A DNA stretch of 64,000 nucleotides from an uncultured archaeon (GTDB taxonomy: Archaea > Thermoplasmatota > Penumbrarchaeia > JASLWR01). A model generated the notes under the pieces. It had not been told where the DNA came from and did not search any database. It saw nothing but the letters and a program-made list of their open reading frames with translations. Position numbers and translations under genes: made by a program. Positions 49,345 through 60,971 of the stretch are shown one piece after another (within the stretch, counting starts at the first letter, position 1; every line of letters begins with the position of its first letter). The stretch spans positions 176,111 to 240,110 of the forward strand of contig CAYSHM010000002.1 in assembly GCA_964430885.1 (NCBI GenBank). Reading direction: 5' to 3'.

Positions 49345-51471
49345 ATGACACGCAATAATGCTAGGACAATGGGGAAAATAAAGGATAAATCTACTAACTT
49401 ACTGCTGTTGTTTTTAATGATCTCAATACCTCTACTATCTCTGATGTCCATAATATTGGTCAATGGCGAGAGCCTCGGTCCCACTAGGACTGATGAGAGG
49501 GTCATTGTGCTGAAGGGCAACATTGTAACCATGAACGATCAAAGGGAAGTTATTCAGGCTGGAAAGGTTGTAGTTGAGGGCGAGAAGATAGCTGAGGTCC
49601 TCACTTCCTCTCAATCAGTACCTCCAGAATATTTGGGTTCGGATTACACCGAGATCGATACAAGCGGATATATTTATCCCGGGCTTATCAATATTCATTC
49701 CCATCCCCTTTATAATATGCTTCCCATTTGGAATGTTCCAGATTCATATACCAACAGGTACCAGTGGACGAATGAACCAGAGTACAAGCCGGAGGTGAGT
49801 TATCCGAAACAGCTTCTAACAGGAAGCGAATACCATCTTACGGCTGAAGTGGCAAAATATGCCGAGGTCAAGGAACTGGTGGGTGGAGGTGTTGCCATTC
49901 AGGGTATCGGAGCAGTTAACAGTAAATATTCAAATATTCTCATTCACAATGTAGAGATGTCGAATTACGGTGAGGATTACATCTATCAGAATGTAGCTTC
50001 AGTAGACGGTTTTGATGAAGAATATTACCTGGAGCGATACGAGGACGGGCGCATGAAGGCGTTTTTTGTCCATCTCTGCGAAGGGATTGATACCAAGTCA
50101 AGCAATGAATTCGATACCTTGAAGGAAAAGGGACTCCTCAATGATGCAACTGTGATAATCCACGGAGCGGGTATGGAAACCTCGGATTTTCAGGACCTTG
50201 CCGCAGCAGAAGGCCACATGGTATGGTCACCCCTTTCCAATCTGCTGCTCTACGGTGAAACGGCTGATGTGGTAACTGCACACCAGAAGGGAGTGGAGAT
50301 CTCCCTCGGCCCGGATTGGTCACCGTCCGGGTCCAAGAACGTTCTGAACGAATTGAAGTACGCCGATATGCTTAACAGGTATGAATATGACAGTTATTTC
50401 AGTTATCAGGACCTGGTCGAGATGGTCACGGTCAATCCGGCCCATGCCTGTGCATGGCAGGATAATTGCGGCAGTATCGAAATTGATAAATATGCAGAGA
50501 TAATGGTCGTGCATAATACCACCGGAACCGATCCCTACAGAACTCTGGTTGAAGCTACTGAGAAAGATATTGAATTGGTCCTTGTCCAGGGTGACCCCCT
50601 TTACGGTGATGTGGCTCTTATGGAGGAATTGAAGGGAGATGACATGGAGGTTATTGTATCCGATGAGGGTTTTCAAAAAGCCGTGGATACAACAAAGGAT
50701 GGAGTGGAGTTCGGGAACCAGCGGTTGAGCGAGATCATCGATACCCTAAAAGACTCTATGCAGTTCGATAAGGATTTTGAGAGCGATAAATATGATGTTA
50801 TGCACCCCATTGAACTTGACCCACTGTTTACTTGCGATGACGAGGTATTTTTCAAATCCATAAGAAATGCAAGGAACATGGATGTGGAATTTGATATTGA
50901 GAAGGAATATTATTGGTGGAGGGGGAATTATTCCTATACGAACGGAGGCAATGTTCAGCCTAAGATAGATGACAAACTGAAAATTCAGTCCCATGAGATA
51001 ACTCCCGAACCAGTTATGGACGGTAATGATGTATTTATCGAGGTTCGTATAGCATCCAATTATACTGTAAGCAAGGTAATGGTGGATTACAGATTATCTG
51101 CCGGGCCTATTGTAAACAGGGAGTTGACCTTTGTTGATGGCAGTTATTCTGTATCTTTAGGCAGCTTTCCAGGAGGGAAAGAAATGGTCTACAGTATCAC
51201 AGCAGTATCGGCTCTTGGAAATTCAGTTACTTCCCCTGATTACAATCTAACTATCCTCGAGGGAAGTTCGGATGACGATAACCCTGATGACGATGATGAC
51301 GGAATTGATGAAGGCAATGGATCAGATGGCGGATTGGTGGAATCAAATCTGCTGATATTGATAATCGTAATGGTAATAATATTGGCAGTAATGGTGATAG
51401 TGTTTGTAATATTCGTAAAGAAGAGGAAAAATGGGGATTCCGACTATCCCGATGATGATAATAATGAATGA
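49345..51471 (+). CDS. Membrane-anchored amidohydrolase (chlorohydrolase/nucleoside-deaminase-like)
   Basis: PGLINIHSH, VHLCEG, IIHG, WSPLSN, LGPDW; N-terminal hydrophobic signal, Ig-like domain, C-terminal TM + KKRK. Confidence 0.85.
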   Translation: MTRNNARTMGKIKDKSTNLLLLFLMISIPLLSLMSIILVNGESLGPTRTDERVIVLKGNIVTMNDQREVIQAGKVVVEGEKIAEVLTSSQSVPPEYLGSDYTEIDTSGYIYPGLINIHSHPLYNMLPIWNVPDSYTNRYQWTNEPEYKPEVSYPKQLLTGSEYHLTAEVAKYAEVKELVGGGVAIQGIGAVNSKYSNILIHNVEMSNYGEDYIYQNVASVDGFDEEYYLERYEDGRMKAFFVHLCEGIDTKSSNEFDTLKEKGLLNDATVIIHGAGMETSDFQDLAAAEGHMVWSPLSNLLLYGETADVVTAHQKGVEISLGPDWSPSGSKNVLNELKYADMLNRYEYDSYFSYQDLVEMVTVNPAHACAWQDNCGSIEIDKYAEIMVVHNTTGTDPYRTLVEATEKDIELVLVQGDPLYGDVALMEELKGDDMEVIVSDEGFQKAVDTTKDGVEFGNQRLSEIIDTLKDSMQFDKDFESDKYDVMHPIELDPLFTCDDEVFFKSIRNARNMDVEFDIEKEYYWWRGNYSYTNGGNVQPKIDDKLKIQSHEITPEPVMDGNDVFIEVRIASNYTVSKVMVDYRLSAGPIVNRELTFVDGSYSVSLGSFPGGKEMVYSITAVSALGNSVTSPDYNLTILEGSSDDDNPDDDDDGIDEGNGSDGGLVESNLLILIIVMVIILAVMVIVFVIFVKKRKNGDSDYPDDDNNE

Positions 51472-51724
51472 ATTATCATTCTCGGAGTTAATTTTTCATC
51501 AGCATATAACATGGTAATATTTATCATAATAAACCTCATTTAACTTTCAGATAAATTGAAATCCGGAAGATAAATGATAGGTATATGGTATTAATAATGA
51601 GATCCTTTATAATAATCAATTCGGGTTTTATAGATATTGAGGAAGATAGGTATGGCGGGAAATGTTATATCTAATAATTGATCATATGAAATGGGAAATT
51701 TTCAGTTGTAATTAAGGTGTCCGG

Positions 51725-54700
51725 ATGAAACCACTAATAAAGAAAACCTTTGCAATAATCTTTGTACTGTGCCTTTTCATAACGTCTAACTTCGTTGTGG
51801 GATCAAGATCCTTATCGGATGATAATAGAAATATCTACGAAGCAGATGTTATTGATCCTGACATCTCCAGTTTTGATGATTCGGTTGATTGTGAATATGC
51901 TGAATCCGTTATATCCCTGAAACCTATTGGAAAAAACGGCTATTCCTTTGATTATAGCTTTCCTTCGATGGAAACTGGAATTATGCAGTATTCCGGTGAG
52001 ATATGGGATGTCATAGAAATGGAGAATTCCATTAACTATCCCGCACCAGGTTACCCATCGGTTCCTGTACAGATACTGTCTATTGAGACTCAATTACATC
52101 TTGACAATGTTGATGTTCAGCTTAGGGATCCTACTCATTTCCATACGAAATTGGTCCCTTCGCCAAACTGCATCTCACCCTATTCCCAAGAGGAGCTAGA
52201 GATAGTTGATCAAACAATGTATTCTTCAAGGAGATTCATCCCAGAAGAGGATTTCAATTTTGAACTAATCGGCGATAAAATTTTCAGAGGCGGCGATAAG
52301 GTTTTTGTATATTCATTGTCCCTTTTTCCTGTAAAATATAATCCTGCTCAAACGACCGCTGAAGTATTCGAATCCGTCACAATAACCCTGGAATTCCAAG
52401 AAGAAGTTGAAGTGGAGGTGCAACCCCGATCTGGTGCTAATTATTTAAAGACCTCTCTTGTGACAATGCCTGGAACAACTTTTGAAGGGAACAGTCTGCT
52501 TTTCAAGATAGGTGAAGAGCCCAGCTACAATTCTACTGAGATACGTTCCCAGAGAGATGTCGACCTAGATCCAAAATATATAATAGTGACCACAAACGCC
52601 CTTGAATCCTCACTGGAATCACTAGCGGAATGGAAGACGAAGAAGGGCGTTCCGTGTGAGATACACACTGTTGAGGATATCTATGGTGATTACAATGGAG
52701 TGGACAATCCCGAAAAGATCCGGAATTTCCTGATTGATATGAACAACCAGTACAATATAAGATATGTGCTGCTTGCCGGAGACTACATTGATGTCCCGGT
52801 TCGCCTCTGTGTTGATCCCGATCCTGCCGACGGATGGGATGATGGTTGGATACCTGCAGATAAGTACTATGCCTGTTTGGGTGGAACCTGGGATGCGGAC
52901 GGGGACGGTATATGGGGTGAACTTGGTGATATTACTGACAGATACGCAGATGTTTATCTTTCCCGTATTGCGATACACTCATTTTCCATAATGAACCGCT
53001 GGGCTTCTGAAGTGATCGATTATGAGCAGAACCCTCCGGCGGGCAATTGGGTGGAAAAGGCCATTCTAATAGGGGCCGACGCTCACAATACGGGTGATGG
53101 AGCTGTTCAATGTGAATATCTTTATGATAATTACCTTGATACCACTTTCACTCAAACGGAGAAATTCTATGAGAACGGCGGGACCATATCCCGTACAAAT
53201 GTGTATAACACAATGTGCCAGGGTTCCTCCTACGTGAATTTTATAGATCACGGTGGGCCTACTATGTGGCTTCAGAATGGCGGGAACCAGTTGGTTCTCT
53301 ATAATCAGGACGTAGCAGCGTTTACAAATGGGAACAAGAAGCCTTTGGTCACTGCCATGGCTTGTTTGACCGCCTGGTTCGATGATCCTTCAGGCTGCGG
53401 ATATGAAGATTTCTCCGAGTGCATTGGGGAGAAATTTACTGAAGATCCCAATGACGGTGCAATTGCCTACATCGGTTCATCCCGCAGTGCTGTTGCTGTT
53501 ATTGGTATAAACGAATATACCTATGGTGCAGGGGGTCTCCAGGAGGATATTTGTGCTCAGTTAGGTGTGGGAAAGACCCATCTTGGTGAGGTATATATAG
53601 CAGGTATGAACCATTATGCTCAGGCTTTCGGCAACTGGTTTGCCGATCCCCAGCATAATCAGATCCAGACATGTTGGCTTGAATTAAATATGCTGGGAGA
53701 ACCCGAGGTTCCTCTCTGGACCAATACTCCAAAGGAGATGGAATATGTCATAGAGAAAACCCCGGATTTCTTCAACATCAGTGTTCATGAATCAGGAACC
53801 CGAAATAAGGTCAGCGGAGCGGTGATATGTCTGAAGTCCGACGACATTTATCTGACGGCTACTACCAATAATTTCGGTAATGCAGTATTACTCAATCCCC
53901 TCTCCCAGGAGACAGCCTCACTCACCATGACAAAACCGAACTTCATACCGGTCGAAACCGAGATAACTTTTACAGATGATATTCCGCCCGTTACTGAATT
54001 TGAGATAATTCCCCATCACCCCACTGGGCTTTCAGGATATTATAACGTAACACCGACTATCAACATGTCAACAGAGCAATGGGGAAATATCTACTATTCC
54101 CTTGACGGTCCAGACGGTAGTTATAGGGTCTACAATTCACCGCTGTCTCTGAACGATGGAGAATATTCCATAAGCTACTATGCAGTGGATCAATGGGATA
54201 ACCAAGAAGCCCTACGGACCTTTGATGTTTCAGTCGATACTGAACCTTCGGATACCATATTCAATATCACCCCGAGCAAACCCAACGGCGCCATGATGTG
54301 GTACAATGCTACACCGATCATCAAACTATCAACAGAGGAAGATGATACTGATATCTATTTCAGAATAGTTTCTGAGAATTCTAACCATGAAGAATTTCAG
54401 GAATATCAGGCACCATTCTGGCCTGAGGATGAAGGGATTCTGACCTTTGAATATTACAATATAGATAAAGCAGGCAATTGGGCATCCTTTGATTCAACAG
54501 AAATCCGGATAGATACAACCCCACCAACGGCATCCATTGAGATAGATGAACCTGATGGCAACAACAGCTGGTATGTCACAGTTCCCGAGATTACTCTTAT
54601 TTCAACAGATGTTAACGATTATCTCTATTACTATTTTGATGATCCTATCGATACCAATTTGTATACTGGTCCATTCGAACCTGAGGAAGGCAATCATACA

Positions 54701-56479
54701 TTATATTTCTATTCTCAGGATAGAGCCGGAAACCGCGGCCCTTCTCAATCATTCTCAATGAAGATCGATACGACCCCGCCAGATCTGGTTTTGGACCACA
54801 CTCCTTCGAATCCTGACGGCCTCAATGGTTACTATATAACCAGTCCGGAAATCACCTTTCCCTCAGACGGCAACACCTCAGTTTATTATTCATGGAACAG
54901 CGGTCCTCTGGAGATGTATGTGAACGGGAGAATAATTGCCCCGCCAGCTGAAGGTCTGAACGAGTTACAGTATTTCGCTGAGGACATAGCGGGAAATAAA
55001 ATGGGCACCCAGGAAGCAAGCTTCCTTGTGGATGTTACTCCAACAGAAACCCGAATCATCTGCGATCCGGACGAACCGGATGGCGAGAATGATTGGTACA
55101 CCTCTATGGATATCAAGATACGGACTGTTGATTCCAGTTCTGCCAGTATTTATTATTATTTTGACAATTCCGAAAATGTCAAGAAATATTCCAGAGAGAT
55201 TTCGGAGAAAGATATTCCAGAAGGTAAACATGTGCTGCATCATTACTGCGTGGACCGTGCAGGTAATATTGGACCGGAAAACCAATTAGAGATCTGGTTC
55301 GATGCAACAAAACCTACTTCAGTGGTTGATCTTTCCGATAAAGAATTGGAGAAGGGTGAAAAGGTGATTGTCCTTGGTCACAAGTCAAGGGATGATTGTT
55401 CATCCCTTTCATACAAGATCGATTTTGGGGACGGAAAGAGAACTACATTCAATACAGTTAAGAACCATACTCATGAATATTCAAAAGGAGGAAAGTACAC
55501 CATAACCCTATGGGTAAGGGATGAAGCGGGACACATAAGTTCACCCCGCAGGATACAGCTAAATGTCGAGGAGGAGGGTTCATTCGGGTTTGTCAGTAAG
55601 ATGAAGAACGACAGCCCTATGCTCTTCTGGGGATTGATAATCGGCTTGCCGCTGCTGTTGATAATTATCATGTTATTCCTTGTTCTTCTCAGGAGAAAAA
55701 AGAAAGGTGGATATGACCAACCCTATCTGAAGGAGGAGGATGAGATGGATTTGGAATACAATACTGAAGGGGGAACTCAGCCGGATCCATTTTCACAAGG
55801 TGAGGCCGGAGGTGGGCAGGCTCCCAACGGAGGTGGCCCCGTACTGCAGGACGAATATTACGATTCGGAGATATTTCAGTATGATCAATCAGGTACTGAT
55901 TCAAGTTATCCAATGAATTCAGCCCCGCCTAATACTGATGCTAGATCCCATAATTACGAGAATTCAAATTATTACCAGGGGCATGAAGCACCCTTGAATC
56001 ATACCGGCAACTCCACTGATAGTGAAATCGAATCAGAAACAGGGCCCGGCGCTGACATAGGCGTGAATTCTGTCGAATCAGGAATAAATTATTCTCTTCC
56101 GGGACCTAAATCTAAGCCTTTCCATGGTCAACTTCCAAGAAATTCCGATCGGGATATCAAAGCCCTTCCTGAGAATACTGAGAATATTGGCAATATGGGG
56201 AATAATCATATCGAAGCAGTGAACAATTCAGCAATGAATATCGCTGAAGGTTATGAAAACAAACCGGCTAAACCTCTTCCGCCCCCTCCAAAAGGACTTA
56301 AAGAAAGAAGCCCCGATAGCTCTCAAAAAAGCAGTTCAAGTGTTAAAAAGGAAAAATCAGGAGATATAGAGAATATTCTGGCTGGTTTGACCGACACCCT
56401 TCAGGATAAAAAAGTTGGATCAGAGGATGATTTGTCCAATGACCAAAGTAAAGAGGATGATTACTCTTGGTCGATTTAA
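51725..56479 (+). CDS. Gingipain-family (peptidase C25) surface protease with propeptide, repeated beta-sandwich domains, PKD, TM and long cytoplasmic tail
   Basis: PGYPSVP propeptide, LAEWKTKKG, YVLLAGD, DHG (His), MACLT (Cys), LNMLGEP; repeated YY..D.AGN modules. Confidence 0.92.
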   Translation: MKPLIKKTFAIIFVLCLFITSNFVVGSRSLSDDNRNIYEADVIDPDISSFDDSVDCEYAESVISLKPIGKNGYSFDYSFPSMETGIMQYSGEIWDVIEMENSINYPAPGYPSVPVQILSIETQLHLDNVDVQLRDPTHFHTKLVPSPNCISPYSQEELEIVDQTMYSSRRFIPEEDFNFELIGDKIFRGGDKVFVYSLSLFPVKYNPAQTTAEVFESVTITLEFQEEVEVEVQPRSGANYLKTSLVTMPGTTFEGNSLLFKIGEEPSYNSTEIRSQRDVDLDPKYIIVTTNALESSLESLAEWKTKKGVPCEIHTVEDIYGDYNGVDNPEKIRNFLIDMNNQYNIRYVLLAGDYIDVPVRLCVDPDPADGWDDGWIPADKYYACLGGTWDADGDGIWGELGDITDRYADVYLSRIAIHSFSIMNRWASEVIDYEQNPPAGNWVEKAILIGADAHNTGDGAVQCEYLYDNYLDTTFTQTEKFYENGGTISRTNVYNTMCQGSSYVNFIDHGGPTMWLQNGGNQLVLYNQDVAAFTNGNKKPLVTAMACLTAWFDDPSGCGYEDFSECIGEKFTEDPNDGAIAYIGSSRSAVAVIGINEYTYGAGGLQEDICAQLGVGKTHLGEVYIAGMNHYAQAFGNWFADPQHNQIQTCWLELNMLGEPEVPLWTNTPKEMEYVIEKTPDFFNISVHESGTRNKVSGAVICLKSDDIYLTATTNNFGNAVLLNPLSQETASLTMTKPNFIPVETEITFTDDIPPVTEFEIIPHHPTGLSGYYNVTPTINMSTEQWGNIYYSLDGPDGSYRVYNSPLSLNDGEYSISYYAVDQWDNQEALRTFDVSVDTEPSDTIFNITPSKPNGAMMWYNATPIIKLSTEEDDTDIYFRIVSENSNHEEFQEYQAPFWPEDEGILTFEYYNIDKAGNWASFDSTEIRIDTTPPTASIEIDEPDGNNSWYVTVPEITLISTDVNDYLYYYFDDPIDTNLYTGPFEPEEGNHTLYFYSQDRAGNRGPSQSFSMKIDTTPPDLVLDHTPSNPDGLNGYYITSPEITFPSDGNTSVYYSWNSGPLEMYVNGRIIAPPAEGLNELQYFAEDIAGNKMGTQEASFLVDVTPTETRIICDPDEPDGENDWYTSMDIKIRTVDSSSASIYYYFDNSENVKKYSREISEKDIPEGKHVLHHYCVDRAGNIGPENQLEIWFDATKPTSVVDLSDKELEKGEKVIVLGHKSRDDCSSLSYKIDFGDGKRTTFNTVKNHTHEYSKGGKYTITLWVRDEAGHISSPRRIQLNVEEEGSFGFVSKMKNDSPMLFWGLIIGLPLLLIIIMLFLVLLRRKKKGGYDQPYLKEEDEMDLEYNTEGGTQPDPFSQGEAGGGQAPNGGGPVLQDEYYDSEIFQYDQSGTDSSYPMNSAPPNTDARSHNYENSNYYQGHEAPLNHTGNSTDSEIESETGPGADIGVNSVESGINYSLPGPKSKPFHGQLPRNSDRDIKALPENTENIGNMGNNHIEAVNNSAMNIAEGYENKPAKPLPPPPKGLKERSPDSSQKSSSSVKKEKSGDIENILAGLTDTLQDKKVGSEDDLSNDQSKEDDYSWSI

Positions 56480-56627
56480 TTTATCTTTTACAAAGGTAGG
56501 ATTGTTTTTTTTGATAATATTTAGTACATAAGGTAGAATGATGTAGAAGCAGTCTTTTTTCTCATTTAAAAATAAAAGGTGACATTTGTCCAGATTGCAG
56601 CAATCCATTTTTTGCTTGTAAAGATGT

Positions 56628-56648
56628 AGGGGTTGCAACGCAACCCCT
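56628..56648 (-). other. 9-bp hairpin immediately 3' of the 16S rRNA
   Basis: AGGGGTTGC-AAC-GCAACCCCT. Confidence 0.6.
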
Positions 56649-56660
56649 GGTTTTTTTCGT

Positions 56661-58129
<1,469 letters not shown>

Positions 58130-58345
58130 TATCAATTGATACTGACCACAGTACTGTACGTACAAATTGGCGGTTATGGATACACATACATTCTGGACAA
58201 ATGTCTGATATAAGAGGTCACGGATTATCCGGGTTTCTTATACCGTCATCAAATTATTTCCGCATATGGAAACGCCGTCAATCACGGGCATTGCTCCTTT
58301 TTCAGAGCGCGCCTCCTGCGTCGCACCGGTATTTAATATACGGCA

Positions 58346-58362
58346 GATATATTAACTTTATA
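58346..58362 (-). promoter_or_regulatory. Putative 16S rRNA promoter (BRE/TATA)
   Basis: Minus strand ATAAAG-TTAATATA about 220 nt upstream of the mature 5' end, upstream of the processing-stem arm. Confidence 0.55.
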
Positions 58363-58478
58363 TCCTTCAGGCACACTATTAATTGCAGTATATATTTATT
58401 TCGACCGAATATTATTATTTTTACAAATTGATATTTCTGGTGGTCAAGATTCATGGCCTGAGAGAACAGTTTGAGTGT

Positions 58479-58889
58479 TTATTTATGAAAAATGGATTGG
58501 ATTTTAGAGAAAAACCCCTCGGCCTTTTCTTCCTGTATTTCATATCTGAGGGCGCCCTTCTCCTTTTCCATATTCTCCAGAACACTGCCGATAGCCGCGA
58601 GTTCTCCTGCATCAAGCCAGATACCCAAACAATCCTGACAGATGTCCACTGTAACACCTTTTACGTTAACGTATTTCATAAGTTTGGTACACTGGGGGCA
58701 GGGGATATTTCTACCAAGGCTCTTTCCAGTATATATCAGTCCTTCAATGGAAATGTCGCTGCTGGTTATCTTGTTCAGTTCATCTTCATCAAACCATATG
58801 CCCTTGCAGGCGGGACATGCGTCGATCTCTATGTGCTTTTTCACCAATAAAGCCATAGGCTGTTTACATCTTGGACAGTTTCGGGACAT
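58479..58889 (-). CDS. Tandem zf-TFIIB zinc-ribbon protein
   Basis: CPRC...IDACPACKGIWFDEDEL and CPQC...VDICQDCLGIWLDAGEL. Confidence 0.88.
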   Translation of the reverse strand: MSRNCPRCKQPMALLVKKHIEIDACPACKGIWFDEDELNKITSSDISIEGLIYTGKSLGRNIPCPQCTKLMKYVNVKGVTVDICQDCLGIWLDAGELAAIGSVLENMEKEKGALRYEIQEEKAEGFFSKIQSIFHK

Positions 58890-59030
58890 ATCTTAGAAAA
58901 AAACGGATAAAATATAAAAATCTATCATTGATATTTTCAACAGTAATTCAACCTGTAAGCTAAAGCATCAAATTGAGCAGGTAGGTATGCAATAAGAAAT
59001 CAAACCATGGCTATATAGGGGGAATGAGTG

Positions 59031-59900
59031 TTAATATTCCTTTCTATCCACACCCACGGTGTTAAGGTTGATCTTGGGTATCCTGGGAAAACGCCTTTTG
59101 TGAATAGTATTGAATGTCATTCTCTGGATCCTTTGGATCTCTTCCAATGGTATTGAGCAATTACGGGATATGATTTCCGGATGGATTCCTTGATCAAGCC
59201 CGGCCAGGATTTCATCCAGGCTGCTGTAATCGATCTTCAGTTCATCCTCATCGCACACACCTGGAACGAGTCCGGCGGTTGGTTTCTTGCTGAAAATCCA
59301 TTCTGGCAGATCCAGCATTCTGCACATCTGGAATACCTGGGTCTTGTATAGATCTCCAATAAGTGCAAGGTCGGACCCGCCGTCACCGAACTTCGTGAAA
59401 TAACCTGTAAGAAGTTCGGATTTATTTGAGGTTCCGATCACCAGAAGGTTTCTCATATTGGCTAAGTAATACAGTATGGTCATTCTAATCCGAGGTTTTA
59501 GATTAATTAAGGCGTTTTTCTTGTCTGTAAAAACATCTTCATTTTCCAGCCATTTCTTACACACTGAACCATTGATCTTCTTGTATTCACAAATGATTGA
59601 GTCCAAGGAATATTCCATCAGGTCAATACTTAGGTGATCTGCCAGTTTTTCTGTATCATCACGGTCAATTTTAGATGTGGAACCTTCAGGAAGAAAGATC
59701 AAATTGACCTTGTCTCTGCCTAGTGTATCTATGCAAATCTTTGCGCACAAGGCACTGTCGATTCCCCCTGACAGTCCAATGATAACACCTCTGCAGCAGA
59801 TCCTTTTAATATACTCCTCAAGAAATGCCGTGATAACATCTATGGTTTCCTGAGTTACTTTTGGTATATAAGACATCCCGTTCACATTCCTACCGATCAT
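59031..59900 (-). CDS. nadE: NH3-dependent NAD+ synthetase
   Basis: GLSGGIDSA, NLKPRIRM, GTSNKSE, GYFTKFGDG, LYKTQV. Confidence 0.96.
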   Translation of the reverse strand: MIGRNVNGMSYIPKVTQETIDVITAFLEEYIKRICCRGVIIGLSGGIDSALCAKICIDTLGRDKVNLIFLPEGSTSKIDRDDTEKLADHLSIDLMEYSLDSIICEYKKINGSVCKKWLENEDVFTDKKNALINLKPRIRMTILYYLANMRNLLVIGTSNKSELLTGYFTKFGDGGSDLALIGDLYKTQVFQMCRMLDLPEWIFSKKPTAGLVPGVCDEDELKIDYSSLDEILAGLDQGIHPEIISRNCSIPLEEIQRIQRMTFNTIHKRRFPRIPKINLNTVGVDRKEY

Positions 59901-60186
59901 CCAAAGGATAGATCCGATTATTTAGCTTCTTAATAGTTAATTTTGGAATAAAAGATTGATGGTATGTAAATTTATTAGGCACTTTTTCTTCCCGAATTCA
60001 TTACGGTGTCATTATTAGGAATGAAATTGGACGATGCAACTAACAAAGGATATAATAAATAGTATAGAAGGGATTCTTAAATGCTTGAATTAAAGATACC
60101 GGAAACTTATTAATATCCCGAATAATAATAAAAAAACAACTCCAAATAATACATATCACATAATACAATTCTAAAGGAGAGTCAAA

Positions 60187-60822
60187 GTGTTGATAGCCAA
60201 AGGAACCCCCAAATTGCTTTTCATTCTACCCTGCTTATCAGTCATATCTGCCGTTGCCGGTTTATTACTGAAGGAACTAATGATGGTCCTTTTCATTGTT
60301 TCAGTGGTTTTGTTCGTATTATTCATTCCGCTGATACTTTTCTTCAGGGATCCCACCAGGATAATTGGGAAAGGTATGGTATCTCCTGCTGACGGGAGGG
60401 TAATGTTCATTGATCACAAAGAGAATAAGGGTCTTTGGCATATTGCCATCTTCATGAATGTGCACAATGTGCATGTGAATCGTGCTCCCCTGTCCGGGAT
60501 TGTGAAGAGTGTTAGTCACATGGATGGACCTTTCTTTGCGGCTTTTAAATCCGAATCCCATCTTAATGAAAGGGTTGAAACAGTACTTAGAACGAATATT
60601 GGAGAAGTCATAATAATCCAGATAGCGGGAGCAGTAGCAAGAAGAATAGTTCCTTATATCAAAGGCGGGGAGTCCCTTGAAAAGGGTGACAAGATAGGGA
60701 TGATCAGGTTCGGTTCCAGAGTGGATGTAATCTTCTCTGACAAAGGAGGCGAACCGAGTGTTTCACCGGGAATGAAAGTCAGGGCGGGGCTCCATAAAAT
60801 TGCATCAATAAGAGAAAAATAA
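60187..60822 (+). CDS. psd: Phosphatidylserine/archaetidylserine decarboxylase proenzyme
   Basis: FFRDP.R, SPADG, HVNRAP, NER, GMIRFGSRVD autocleavage motif. Confidence 0.93.
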   Translation: MLIAKGTPKLLFILPCLSVISAVAGLLLKELMMVLFIVSVVLFVLFIPLILFFRDPTRIIGKGMVSPADGRVMFIDHKENKGLWHIAIFMNVHNVHVNRAPLSGIVKSVSHMDGPFFAAFKSESHLNERVETVLRTNIGEVIIIQIAGAVARRIVPYIKGGESLEKGDKIGMIRFGSRVDVIFSDKGGEPSVSPGMKVRAGLHKIASIREK

Positions 60823-60971
60823 AATATAAGTAATATAAATGCCCATATGAATAATTCCAGTTTCATATAAATGAGGGTAGTGTTCGGCTGCAGTAAGTGA
60901 ATAGTATTCAGGTTCATTAAACGAAATCAACCTGTATCAATTAGAAATCAACTGTATAAACAGGTGGTCCC

